A stretch of 64,000 nt of DNA, taken from the IMG/VR virus record IMGVR_UViG_3300025889_000070; one strand, written 5' to 3'. The position numbers and the translations under genes are program-made. The DNA comes from a virus. Its lineage: Duplodnaviria > Caudoviricetes. This document shows positions 16,133 through 24,835 of the stretch, piece after piece. Every line of letters starts with the position of its first letter. The first letter of the stretch is position 1. Under the pieces are notes generated by a model. The model made no database searches. It was not told the DNA's origin and saw only the letters and a list, made by a program, of their open reading frames with translations.

Positions 16133-16686
16133 GATTTTCAGAAATTATACACAAACCCTCACCAGTTGAACTAGCAATTAAAGAACATATTGCTCAGTGC
16201 GTTCCTTTTAGTGAATGCATGTTCCGTCCGGGTAGTCGAGCATTTACAGAGTTTTATACTCGTGTGCGTGAGATGCGTGAAAGCCTTGACCTAGATTGGC
16301 AGGATCAAGAACTACTTGATACAGACATTGGTGAATGCATTGTGGTAGAGGGTGAGCGTGTTCCTCTTGATGTTCCTATTGCCGAAGAAGTTGAACTTGA
16401 TGAAGCAGAGTATCAAGGACGCAAAGTTAAACTAAATTCACCCAAGCGTGGCGGTTCTAAGAAGTATTACGTATACGTAAAGAATCCCAAAACTGGCAAA
16501 GTTAAAAAAGTTAGCTGGGGTGACACAACTGGTTTAAGTACCAAGGCTAAAAACCGTGGCGCAGTTCGTAGTTTTGTAGCCAGACATAAATGTAAACAAA
16601 AAAACGATAAAACTAAAGCAGGATACTGGGCATGTCGTACACCACGTTATAAAGCACTTGGTGTCAAAGGCGGACAGTGGTGGTGA
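16129..16686 (+). CDS. putative internal head protein
   Basis: MRFSEII N-terminus; after LDE comes AEYQGRKVKLNSPKRGGSKKYYVYVKNPKTGKVKKVSWGD..YWACR. Confidence 0.6.
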   Translation: MRFSEIIHKPSPVELAIKEHIAQCVPFSECMFRPGSRAFTEFYTRVREMRESLDLDWQDQELLDTDIGECIVVEGERVPLDVPIAEEVELDEAEYQGRKVKLNSPKRGGSKKYYVYVKNPKTGKVKKVSWGDTTGLSTKAKNRGAVRSFVARHKCKQKNDKTKAGYWACRTPRYKALGVKGGQWW

Positions 16687-16946
16687 AACCTTACACTGAA
16701 CAAGTAAGGCACAACACAAGAACCCGTAAATTTTCTACACTTACAGAAAGCGATGAACTTGTCTGGCACAGAGATGCTACTGATAGAGAGGTTCACGTGC
16801 TTGAAGGCCTGGGGTGGCATTTTCAGATGGATAATGAATTGCCCGTACCACTAAATCCTGGCGACGTAATACATATACCCAGAGAAACTTATCATCGTAT
16901 TATAAAAGGCAAAACAGATCTTACTGTAAAAATTATAGATAAATAA
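16677..16946 (+). CDS. small cupin-domain protein
   Basis: WHRDATDREVHVLEG..W..LNPGDVIHIPRETYHRI cupin signature; GTG start. Confidence 0.7.
   Translation: MVVKPYTEQVRHNTRTRKFSTLTESDELVWHRDATDREVHVLEGLGWHFQMDNELPVPLNPGDVIHIPRETYHRIIKGKTDLTVKIIDK
16938..16945 (+). promoter_or_regulatory. T4-like late promoter (GATAAATA)
   Basis: NATAAATA at a gene boundary. Confidence 0.4.
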
Positions 16947-16968
16947 GGATAAAGACGGGAATTTTGCT

Positions 16969-17295
16969 ATGACTACTTCTTTAGATATTCGTAAAACTAT
17001 AACAATGCTAGAAAAAACTGGCATGGAATATGTAGCCAATAGAGATTTTATAAAAGTTCTCCAAACAATCAAAGATGGAATAACTTACACTCTGGGCAAT
17101 GTAGAGCACGATGATGGCGATGTTAAGAAAAATAGTTATAGTATATATAAAAAAGTAAGAGATGGTGGATTTGAATATAATGATAAGTTTTTTCCTCAGG
17201 AATTCTATGTTGAGGTAGAACCATTACGTGTAAGTGGCTATGCTAAAATGCCAGAAGTGCAACAAGCGTTTTCAAAATGGGTAGAAGAAAATTAA
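16969..17295 (+). CDS. hypothetical protein
   Basis: 108-aa ORF; no motif recognised. Confidence 0.55.
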   Translation: MTTSLDIRKTITMLEKTGMEYVANRDFIKVLQTIKDGITYTLGNVEHDDGDVKKNSYSIYKKVRDGGFEYNDKFFPQEFYVEVEPLRVSGYAKMPEVQQAFSKWVEEN

Positions 17296-17313
17296 AAATA
17301 TTAGGAAATCTAC

Positions 17314-17793
17314 ATGGAGAATTTAAACAAACCATTTCTAAAATGGTGGATCCAGTTTGTGTGTATTAGTTTTGGTGTTGTTGTAGCATTTGAACTAGGC
17401 TGGTGGCATGCCCTTTACCAATCAGATATTACCAAAATTAGTTTAGCCATTCTTGCTATTTTTTGTTTAACAACTTTACTTACTGGTTATATAAGTAAAA
17501 ATTTCCAAAAACAAAAAATAAAACGCCTAGGCAACTACGCATGGTTTTCCAGCGAAGCTATGATAACACTGGGAATGATTGGAACGGTTGCTGGATTTTT
17601 AATAATGCTAGGCGGTGCTTTCTCTAGTATTAACGTAAATGATGTAGTTAGTGTTCAAAACGCTATTAGTAAAATGGCTGTGGGTATGAGTACAGCTCTT
17701 AGTACAACTCTTGTAGGACTAATTTGTAGTGTATTAACCAAAGTACAAATGGTTATCCTAGAAAATAGCTGGGAAGATGGCGGAGAGAAGTAG
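17314..17793 (+). CDS. MotA/TolQ/ExbB proton-channel family membrane protein
   Basis: Several TM helices; LGMIGTVAGFLIML..GMSTALSTTLVGL ExbB/TolQ-type motifs. Confidence 0.75.
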   Translation: MENLNKPFLKWWIQFVCISFGVVVAFELGWWHALYQSDITKISLAILAIFCLTTLLTGYISKNFQKQKIKRLGNYAWFSSEAMITLGMIGTVAGFLIMLGGAFSSINVNDVVSVQNAISKMAVGMSTALSTTLVGLICSVLTKVQMVILENSWEDGGEK

Positions 17794-18403
17794 ATACAGG
17801 ACTAACTTTGCTTTTATAGACTTACTGTTTAATTTATTGGTAGGTATCACACTACTATTCTTTTTAGCATTTATACTTATAAATCCAGTAGCAAAAAAGA
17901 AAGATATAGAAGCTAAAGCAGAATATCTAATAACCATGACCTGGCCGGAACGCAATGAGGACGATATTGATATATGGGTAATGGATAACCAAAAACATAT
18001 AGTGAGTTTCCGGAACAAAGACAATGCTTTAATATCACTGGATAGAGATGATTTGGGCACAAGGAATGACGAGTTTATAGAACACAGTACCAAAAAAGTT
18101 ATAAGGATATATCAGAATAGAGAAGTTATTAGCATACGATCCAAGGACCCTAGAAGATATCTTGTCACAGTTCACAAATACATGAATACTAGCAAGGAGC
18201 CTACTCATATAACTATTGAACTTACAGAAATAAATCCATATAAAATACACATTGTAAAAAAGCTAGTACTAGATCATATGGGAGACGAAAAACAAGCCTT
18301 TGAATTTGAAGTAATGCCTGATGGCAGTACCATTGTTGAAGAAACTGAGAGACTAGTAATTAATGACCCAAAATTAGGAATTTTAAATCAGGTTGGTAGA
18401 TAA
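17777..18403 (+). CDS. ExbD/MotB-like single-pass membrane partner
   Basis: N-terminal TM AFIDLLFNLLVGITLLFFL with the conserved-type Asp, directly after the ExbB-like gene. Confidence 0.55.
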   Translation: MAERSRYRTNFAFIDLLFNLLVGITLLFFLAFILINPVAKKKDIEAKAEYLITMTWPERNEDDIDIWVMDNQKHIVSFRNKDNALISLDRDDLGTRNDEFIEHSTKKVIRIYQNREVISIRSKDPRRYLVTVHKYMNTSKEPTHITIELTEINPYKIHIVKKLVLDHMGDEKQAFEFEVMPDGSTIVEETERLVINDPKLGILNQVGR

Positions 18404-18885
18404 TGTTTGACTTTAGTTTTAATTCTACGATATTACTTTTTATATGGACAGCAGCAGGTATTGTCTGCTTAATACCTATGTTACTCAAGGAGACATGGAA
18501 AAAGTATTTGATTGTACCTACTGTATTCTTTGCCGTGTATGCTAGCTTTATTACAAACAAAGAATTTTTAGGCACACCACTGTACCAACTTCCAGAAGGA
18601 GAATTTGTTTACCTAGGTCATAGAATAACTACAGAAAATAAAAAGAAATACATTACACTATGGGCTATTGTTGATAACAAGGAAAGACTATATTACTTTG
18701 CTAGTAACAATCAACAACAAAAAGAATTATCCAAAAGTAGAACACGTAGCAGTAATGGTCTAGTTCAGCTAGGCAAATTTAAACCTAAAAAACCTATTAA
18801 TAATGTGGAAGATACAAAATTTGCTGAACTACAAACCTATGACTTTCCGTTTCAGGAAAAATTTCCTAAAAATCCAGTTGACTAA
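18403..18885 (+). CDS. membrane protein (2 N-terminal TM helices)
   Basis: Hydrophobic N-terminus; translationally coupled to the upstream gene. Confidence 0.55.
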   Translation: MFDFSFNSTILLFIWTAAGIVCLIPMLLKETWKKYLIVPTVFFAVYASFITNKEFLGTPLYQLPEGEFVYLGHRITTENKKKYITLWAIVDNKERLYYFASNNQQQKELSKSRTRSSNGLVQLGKFKPKKPINNVEDTKFAELQTYDFPFQEKFPKNPVD

Positions 18886-18906
18886 ACTAACACTGTGTAA
18901 TATAAT
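18878..18906 (+). promoter_or_regulatory. sigma70-type promoter TTGACT-N17-TATAAT
   Basis: Near-consensus boxes with 17-bp spacing upstream of an AGGAG SD. Confidence 0.75.
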
Positions 18907-18928
18907 ACATTATCATAAGGAGTTATCA

Positions 18929-19195
18929 ATGAGCGATAGTGATAGAGTTTTTAGCCAAGAAGAGAAATCAAAACTAACACAACTAATTAACGAGGGTCTT
19001 ACTGTTTTACAGGAAGTTGATGATTTAAACGAAGGTCTCAACGACACAGTAAAAGCTATTGCTGAGGAGATGCAGATCAAGCCAGCAGTGCTAAAAAAAG
19101 CAGTAAAGACCGCATACAAAGCAGACTTTGCCAAGCATAGTGAAGATCTAGCAGCCCTGGAAAATATCTTAGCCACAGTTGGCAAACTTCAGTGA
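18929..19195 (+). CDS. dsDNA-binding protein (T4 DsbA / GapR-like)
   Basis: 88 aa, helical: LNDTVKAIAEEMQIKPAVLKKAVKTAYK; sits upstream of the polymerase; ATG follows AGGAG. Confidence 0.6.
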   Translation: MSDSDRVFSQEEKSKLTQLINEGLTVLQEVDDLNEGLNDTVKAIAEEMQIKPAVLKKAVKTAYKADFAKHSEDLAALENILATVGKLQ

Positions 19196-19416
19196 CACAA
19201 CAGAAGCCCTACCAGCTACTTGCATGGTTAGGTACAGCTACTATTTTAATTGGATCAGTTCTTGCGGCCTTTAACATTTATCCTGTATACTTGTATGTGT
19301 TCCTGGTTGCTAATGGCATCTGGGCAACAGTAGGCTGGTTATGGCGAGAGCAGAGCTTGGTTATTTTAAACGCGGGAATAACAGTAGTTTATCTTCTCGG
19401 GCTGTACTTTAAATAA
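19192..19416 (+). CDS. small membrane protein
   Basis: 74 aa, about 3 hydrophobic helices. Confidence 0.6.
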   Translation: MTQQKPYQLLAWLGTATILIGSVLAAFNIYPVYLYVFLVANGIWATVGWLWREQSLVILNAGITVVYLLGLYFK

Positions 19417-19437
19417 TTGTGGGAAATATATATATAA

Positions 19438-22089
19438 ATGTATGTCGACGCTCATTTTGATCGAGACCATGATAGAATTAACATAGTAGAGCGTGTAGGG
19501 GGTAGAAGAGAGTATCGCGAATTCCCTGTTAACTACATATTCTACTACAATGATCCGCGTGGTAAACACAGGACAATCTATGGCAATCCTGTAAGTAGGT
19601 TTAGCACCAGAAATGGAAAAGAGTTCCAAAAAGAACTTAAGATTCATGGCAAGCATGGACTCTGGGAAAGTGATATTAATCCAGTATTCAGATGTTTAGC
19701 GGAAAACTATCTAGGTTCAGATGCTCCAAAACTAAACGTAGCATTTTTTGACATTGAAGTGGACTTTGACCCTGAGCGTGGATATAGCACGCCTGATGAT
19801 CCTTTTAATACTATTACAGCAATTACAGTATACATGGATTGGCTTAACCGACTTGTAACGCTGGCTATTCCACCCAAGAGTATGAGTATACAAACTGCCC
19901 AGGAAACTGTTGCTGACTTTGATAATACATTCTTATTTGAACGTGAAGATAATTTACTAGAAGCATTCTTGGACTTGATTGAAGATGCAGATATCCTCAG
20001 TGGTTGGAACAGTGAGGGTTATGATATTCCCTACACAGTTAACAGGATTACCAGAGTACTCAGCAAGGATGATACCAGACGTTTCTGCTTATGGGGACAG
20101 TATCCAAAGCAGCGGACGTTTGAAAGATTTGGCGCAGAAAATATTACCTTTGATTTAATTGGCAGGCAGCATTTAGATTACATGCAACTGTACCGCAAAT
20201 ACACATATCATGAGATGCACAGTTACAGTTTAGATGCTATCGGTGAATATGAACTCAATGAACGTAAGGTTACCTACGAAGGTACATTGGATCAACTATA
20301 TAATCAAGACTTTTATACATTCATTGACTATAACAGACAAGACACAATGCTGTTACATAAGTTGGATACTAAACTAAAATTTATTGATTTGGCAAACGAA
20401 CTTGCTCATGCTAACACTGTGTTATTACCAACTACCATGGGCGCGGTAGCTGTTACAGAACAGGCTATTATTAACCATGCACACGAACAAGGATTGGTTG
20501 TCCCTAACAAGAAAAAGCCGGACGAAAATCATAATAAAGCAGCAGGTGCTTATGTAGCCAAGCCCAAGGTCGGACTACATGACTGGATTGGCAGTATTGA
20601 CTTAAACAGTCTGTATCCCAGTGTTATCAGAGCACTAAACATGGCTCCTGAAACTATTGTAGGGCAACTACGTCCAGTTATAACTGATAAATCTATCCAA
20701 GCAGTGCTAGCACAAAAAGGCACATTTAGTGATGCCTGGGATGGCGAGTTTGGTAGTAAAGAATATCAAGCAGTCATGAACATGGAAGTGGGCACTGAGA
20801 TCACTATTGACTGGGAGAGTGGCGATAGTGATATATTAAGCGCAGCAGATACATGGCGGTTAATCTTTGACAGCAACAATCCCTGGATACTAAGTGCTAA
20901 CGGTACAATACTAACCTATGAAAAGAAGGGCATTGTTCCCGGGTTGCTGGAACGCTGGTATGCTGAACGTAAAGAACTACAGGCAAAGATGCGTGAAGCA
21001 ACTGGGGAGGAACGTGCTTTCTGGGACAAGCGACAGCTGGTAAAGAAAATTAACTTGAACAGTTTGTATGGCGCCATCCTAAATCCATACTGCCGCTTCT
21101 TTGATCATCGTATTGGCCAAAGCACTACACTGACTGGTAGATGTATTGCTAAACACATGAGCGCACAGGTTAACAAATTACTTACTGACAAATATGATCA
21201 TCAGGGAGATTGTATTATCTATGGTGACACAGACAGTGTGTACTTTAGTGCCTGGCCGGTGATACAAGAACAAGTAGAATCTGGCAAAATGAAATGGGGC
21301 AAAGACGAATGCATTCAACTTTATGACCAACTTGGTGAAGCAGTTAACGAAACATTCGCAGCGTTTATGGAACGTGCTTTTCATTGTCCAAGAAGCTATG
21401 GTGAAATTATTGCTGCGGCTAGAGAAATTGTAGCAACCAAGGGCTTGTATATTACCAAGAAACGCTATGCTGCTCTGGTTATTGACACAGAGGGTTTCCG
21501 CAGTGACATGGACGGCAAGCCAGGCAAAGTTAAAGCCATGGGACTTGATCTCAAGCGCAGTGATACACCCAAGTATATGCAGGACTTTCTCATGGAATTG
21601 CTGATTGATGTGCTTACTGGCAAGCAAGAAGATCATATTGTAGAACGTATTAAAGATTTTAAATACCAATTCAAGGACAAACCAGGCTGGGAAAAAGGCA
21701 CACCCAAGCGTGTTAACAACCTAACAATGTATAGTGCTAGAGAACGTGCAGAAGGTAAAACAAACATGCCGGGACATGTAAGGGCAGCAATGAACTGGAA
21801 CTATCTACGCAAACTTCATGGCGACAACTACAGCCAGCAAATAGTAGATGGCATGAAAACCATTGTGTGTAAACTTAAAGATAATCCACTGGGATATACA
21901 AGTGTAGGCTATCCAACAGATGAGACTACACTTCCTAAATGGTTCAAAGACCTGCCTTTCGATGAGAGTGCCATGGAAGATGCTATCGTAGATCAAAAGA
22001 TAGACAACTTGCTCAGCGAGCTAAACTGGAATCTTAAAGAAAAAACACAGACCAAGAATACATTTGACGATTTGTTTACGTTTGGATAA
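19438..22089 (+). CDS. polB: family B DNA polymerase with 3'-5' exonuclease (T4 gp43-like)
   Basis: ExoI FDIE, ExoII GWNSEGYDIPY, ExoIII YNRQD; motifs DLNSLYPS, KINLNSLYG, YGDTDS, TKKRY. Confidence 0.97.
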   Translation: MYVDAHFDRDHDRINIVERVGGRREYREFPVNYIFYYNDPRGKHRTIYGNPVSRFSTRNGKEFQKELKIHGKHGLWESDINPVFRCLAENYLGSDAPKLNVAFFDIEVDFDPERGYSTPDDPFNTITAITVYMDWLNRLVTLAIPPKSMSIQTAQETVADFDNTFLFEREDNLLEAFLDLIEDADILSGWNSEGYDIPYTVNRITRVLSKDDTRRFCLWGQYPKQRTFERFGAENITFDLIGRQHLDYMQLYRKYTYHEMHSYSLDAIGEYELNERKVTYEGTLDQLYNQDFYTFIDYNRQDTMLLHKLDTKLKFIDLANELAHANTVLLPTTMGAVAVTEQAIINHAHEQGLVVPNKKKPDENHNKAAGAYVAKPKVGLHDWIGSIDLNSLYPSVIRALNMAPETIVGQLRPVITDKSIQAVLAQKGTFSDAWDGEFGSKEYQAVMNMEVGTEITIDWESGDSDILSAADTWRLIFDSNNPWILSANGTILTYEKKGIVPGLLERWYAERKELQAKMREATGEERAFWDKRQLVKKINLNSLYGAILNPYCRFFDHRIGQSTTLTGRCIAKHMSAQVNKLLTDKYDHQGDCIIYGDTDSVYFSAWPVIQEQVESGKMKWGKDECIQLYDQLGEAVNETFAAFMERAFHCPRSYGEIIAAAREIVATKGLYITKKRYAALVIDTEGFRSDMDGKPGKVKAMGLDLKRSDTPKYMQDFLMELLIDVLTGKQEDHIVERIKDFKYQFKDKPGWEKGTPKRVNNLTMYSARERAEGKTNMPGHVRAAMNWNYLRKLHGDNYSQQIVDGMKTIVCKLKDNPLGYTSVGYPTDETTLPKWFKDLPFDESAMEDAIVDQKIDNLLSELNWNLKEKTQTKNTFDDLFTFG

Positions 22090-22099
22090 TATATGCGTA

Positions 22100-22107
22100 T
22101 ATAAATA
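22100..22107 (+). promoter_or_regulatory. T4 late promoter consensus TATAAATA
   Basis: Exact match 5 nt upstream of the ATG at 22113. Confidence 0.6.
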
Positions 22108-22112
22108 TATGC

Positions 22113-23198
22113 ATGAGCAGACTTCATAAAAAGCATAGTTTACTAGATCTTTTTAAAAGAAGACTGAAAAATTTACCAATTAACTTGGACGATCATTTAT
22201 CCCTGGCGAAAAAAACCGTATCAGATCAAGTTGCTGTATGGAAAGATAATACAAAATATCAAGTTCTTTCTCAACGAATTAGTGAATTAGAGATTGCAAA
22301 AAATAACTATAATTTAGCAGTACAAGAGCTTGATGATGACATAAACAAATTACTACAAGAAAAAGAAAAAAGAATAATACAACGCGACTATAACAGAGTA
22401 AACACCTATGAAGCTGAAAATACAGTACTCAGGAATAGCTGGTTAAGCGCAAAAATAAAAGATGTATGTTCAGGAGTTATACAGGCAAACACATTTTGGC
22501 AGTATGCTAGTTTAGAGATTAATCCCGGAGATGGATGTCTTAGTCAGCTTATGAACGCGGCTGATCCACAGTACTGTATTGTAGCAGATAGCAGTGTTGA
22601 AAAACAGGTTAAGAGTAAATTCAACGAATTTTACAGTACTAGGAGATTAAGGTGTTATTCTAGTTTGGATAAGATACCTGATGCTACAGTAGGTTTTGCT
22701 AGTTGTATTAACTTATATGAATATCTACCCTTGGAAAATATCAAAGAAATTAGCACAACAACTTTTACAAAATTAAAGCCTGGTGGAAAGTTTTTAATAA
22801 CATATAATGACTGTGAGCAAAGATACAGTTTAGAGTTGTTAGATAATGAATTTAGGTGTTTGGCTACCAAAACTCTAATATCCAGTTTACATTTTGGTTT
22901 AGGATATGACGTGTTAGACTCTGGTAACACAGATAACGGTACCTGGAGTTATATGGTGCTACAAAAACCTGGAGAACTTACCAGCCAAAAACTAGCCAGT
23001 CCACAAGTTGAATTTGTTCCTAAATTTGTTCCTTATGCGGTTTGGCCCAGCGAACTACGGGAACTAGTGGAGGCAAAGAAAAGTAGGTCATCGGTTCAAT
23101 GGAGGGGTGATGTTATGGCATATTATCAACCTGCGTGGAACAATCTTAAAACCAGTGTACACAAATATATTGATACTTTTTATCACACAAATAGTTGA
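22113..23198 (+). CDS. class I SAM-dependent methyltransferase-like protein with N-terminal coiled coil
   Basis: Degenerate motif I LEINPGDG; later LYEYLP..TKLKPGGKFLITYNDC. Confidence 0.55.
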   Translation: MSRLHKKHSLLDLFKRRLKNLPINLDDHLSLAKKTVSDQVAVWKDNTKYQVLSQRISELEIAKNNYNLAVQELDDDINKLLQEKEKRIIQRDYNRVNTYEAENTVLRNSWLSAKIKDVCSGVIQANTFWQYASLEINPGDGCLSQLMNAADPQYCIVADSSVEKQVKSKFNEFYSTRRLRCYSSLDKIPDATVGFASCINLYEYLPLENIKEISTTTFTKLKPGGKFLITYNDCEQRYSLELLDNEFRCLATKTLISSLHFGLGYDVLDSGNTDNGTWSYMVLQKPGELTSQKLASPQVEFVPKFVPYAVWPSELRELVEAKKSRSSVQWRGDVMAYYQPAWNNLKTSVHKYIDTFYHTNS

Positions 23199-23223
23199 CA
23201 CTATAACCACAAACAAGTATAAT
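23195..23223 (+). promoter_or_regulatory. sigma70-type promoter TTGACA-N17-TATAAT
   Basis: Perfect consensus. Confidence 0.85.
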
Positions 23224-23252
23224 TAATTAATCATAAAGCAAAGGATTTTTTA

Positions 23253-23984
23253 ATGAAAGATTATCTGTTAGACATTGTTAAGCATACACACAGCCTAGGT
23301 ATTATTGATCTGGTAAAAATTAACGGAGATGATTCCCAGACAAATATTGAAGGCTTGGCAGAAGATCGCAGTGTCATCCTACAAGGTAAATTCCACAACC
23401 CAGTAGCAGAGTTCATGGGCACGTTTGGTATGCCTAATCTAGACAAGCTGGGTGTTATCCTGCGTATTCCCGAATATGCAGAAAATGCTAAGATTACTAT
23501 TAACACACAGGAACGCAATGGCGAAACAGTTCCAGTTGGTGTACACTTTGAAAATGCTGCTGGCGATTTCCAGAACACATACAGATTTATGAGCAGCGAC
23601 ATTGTCAATGATAAACTTAAAAGTGTTACCATGAAAGCAGTTAACTGGGGTGTAGACTTTGAACCCAGCATTGCTGGTATCCAGCGTCTCAAGATGATGA
23701 TCAGTGCTAACAGCGAACAAAGTGTGTTTACTGCTAGAACAACTGGTAAGGATTTAACTTTTGCTTTTGGTGATGCTAGTTCGCATGCCGGTGAGTTTGT
23801 ATTTCAACCAGATGTTGGTGGTAGTCTCAGCAAAGCCTGGAGTTGGCCAGTTGATAGCATTAGCAAGATCCTAAGTCTAAGCGGCGACATTAGTTACAAG
23901 ATTAGTGATGATGGCGTTAGCCAGATTACAGTTGACAGCGGACTTGGTGTTTACAACTATCTACTTCCTGCACAAACAAAGTAA
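23253..23984 (+). CDS. putative DNA polymerase sliding clamp (gp45-like)
   Basis: 243 aa with alternating beta/alpha pattern, C-terminal YLLPAQ, close to PolB; called from size, pattern and context. Confidence 0.6.
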   Translation: MKDYLLDIVKHTHSLGIIDLVKINGDDSQTNIEGLAEDRSVILQGKFHNPVAEFMGTFGMPNLDKLGVILRIPEYAENAKITINTQERNGETVPVGVHFENAAGDFQNTYRFMSSDIVNDKLKSVTMKAVNWGVDFEPSIAGIQRLKMMISANSEQSVFTARTTGKDLTFAFGDASSHAGEFVFQPDVGGSLSKAWSWPVDSISKILSLSGDISYKISDDGVSQITVDSGLGVYNYLLPAQTK

Positions 23985-23992
23985 TAAAAAAC

Positions 23993-24835
23993 GTGTATCT
24001 TGACTACTGTGAATTTTATATAACTAATGTTTGTAATTTAACATGCTCTAACTGTAATAGGTTCAACAACTATAATGTAAAAGGTAGAGTAGATTTTAAC
24101 TATGATCTATACAAGCCCTGGGCAGATAAGCTAAATTTTGGTTATATCGGCATCATAGGCGGAGAGCCGTTGCTGCATCCAAACTTAAAAGATTGGATTA
24201 TAGGTATACACAGTCTTTGGCCTAATACTGCCATACAAATAACTACAAATGGAACGAGAATAAATTACGTAAGAGATTTATTCAATACATTTGTAGAGTG
24301 TAATGTAATCATAGAAATTACACTCCATGATACCATTATTGATAAGTTTGTATTTGAAGAGCTGGAAAAGTTTAAAGAAAAAGGCACAAACTGGCAGAAA
24401 AAAGTTATAGATAATACCCAGCTGGACAGGGACAATAAAGAAATGACCATCACTAATGAATATTTAACATGTGATCAAGGGCTAATGATTAAATTTAACC
24501 CTGGCTACTATTTTCAGTCAGTGCAAATTACAGAGAAGCAACATCAATCTAATAGGGTTAAACCTATTATAGGAGATCCAGAACGTGCCCATTATGTTTG
24601 TGGTATAAAAAACTCTCATACGTTTTACGAAGGTAAATTGTATAAATGCGGGTTTATTCCCAGTATAAAAGAATACTTTAAAACATATAATCATAACGAT
24701 GGTTGGGATCCTGTTTACAAATATGAAGCACATGAATTTGATTCTGACTTAACTAGATTGACAAAACCAGAGAATGTTTGCAGTTTATGTCCTAATAGAA
24801 TAAAAACTAGTAAAGTTATAACATCATTTAAATGA
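23993..24835 (+). CDS. radical SAM protein
   Basis: CNLTCSNC, IIGGEPLLHP, ITTNG; C-terminal Cys (YVC..YKC..CSLC). Confidence 0.9.
   Translation: MYLDYCEFYITNVCNLTCSNCNRFNNYNVKGRVDFNYDLYKPWADKLNFGYIGIIGGEPLLHPNLKDWIIGIHSLWPNTAIQITTNGTRINYVRDLFNTFVECNVIIEITLHDTIIDKFVFEELEKFKEKGTNWQKKVIDNTQLDRDNKEMTITNEYLTCDQGLMIKFNPGYYFQSVQITEKQHQSNRVKPIIGDPERAHYVCGIKNSHTFYEGKLYKCGFIPSIKEYFKTYNHNDGWDPVYKYEAHEFDSDLTRLTKPENVCSLCPNRIKTSKVITSFK

Noticed and set aside
19438-22089. Intein or intron in the DNA polymerase
   Set aside because: 883 aa with continuous motifs; no splice-junction or homing-endonuclease signature.
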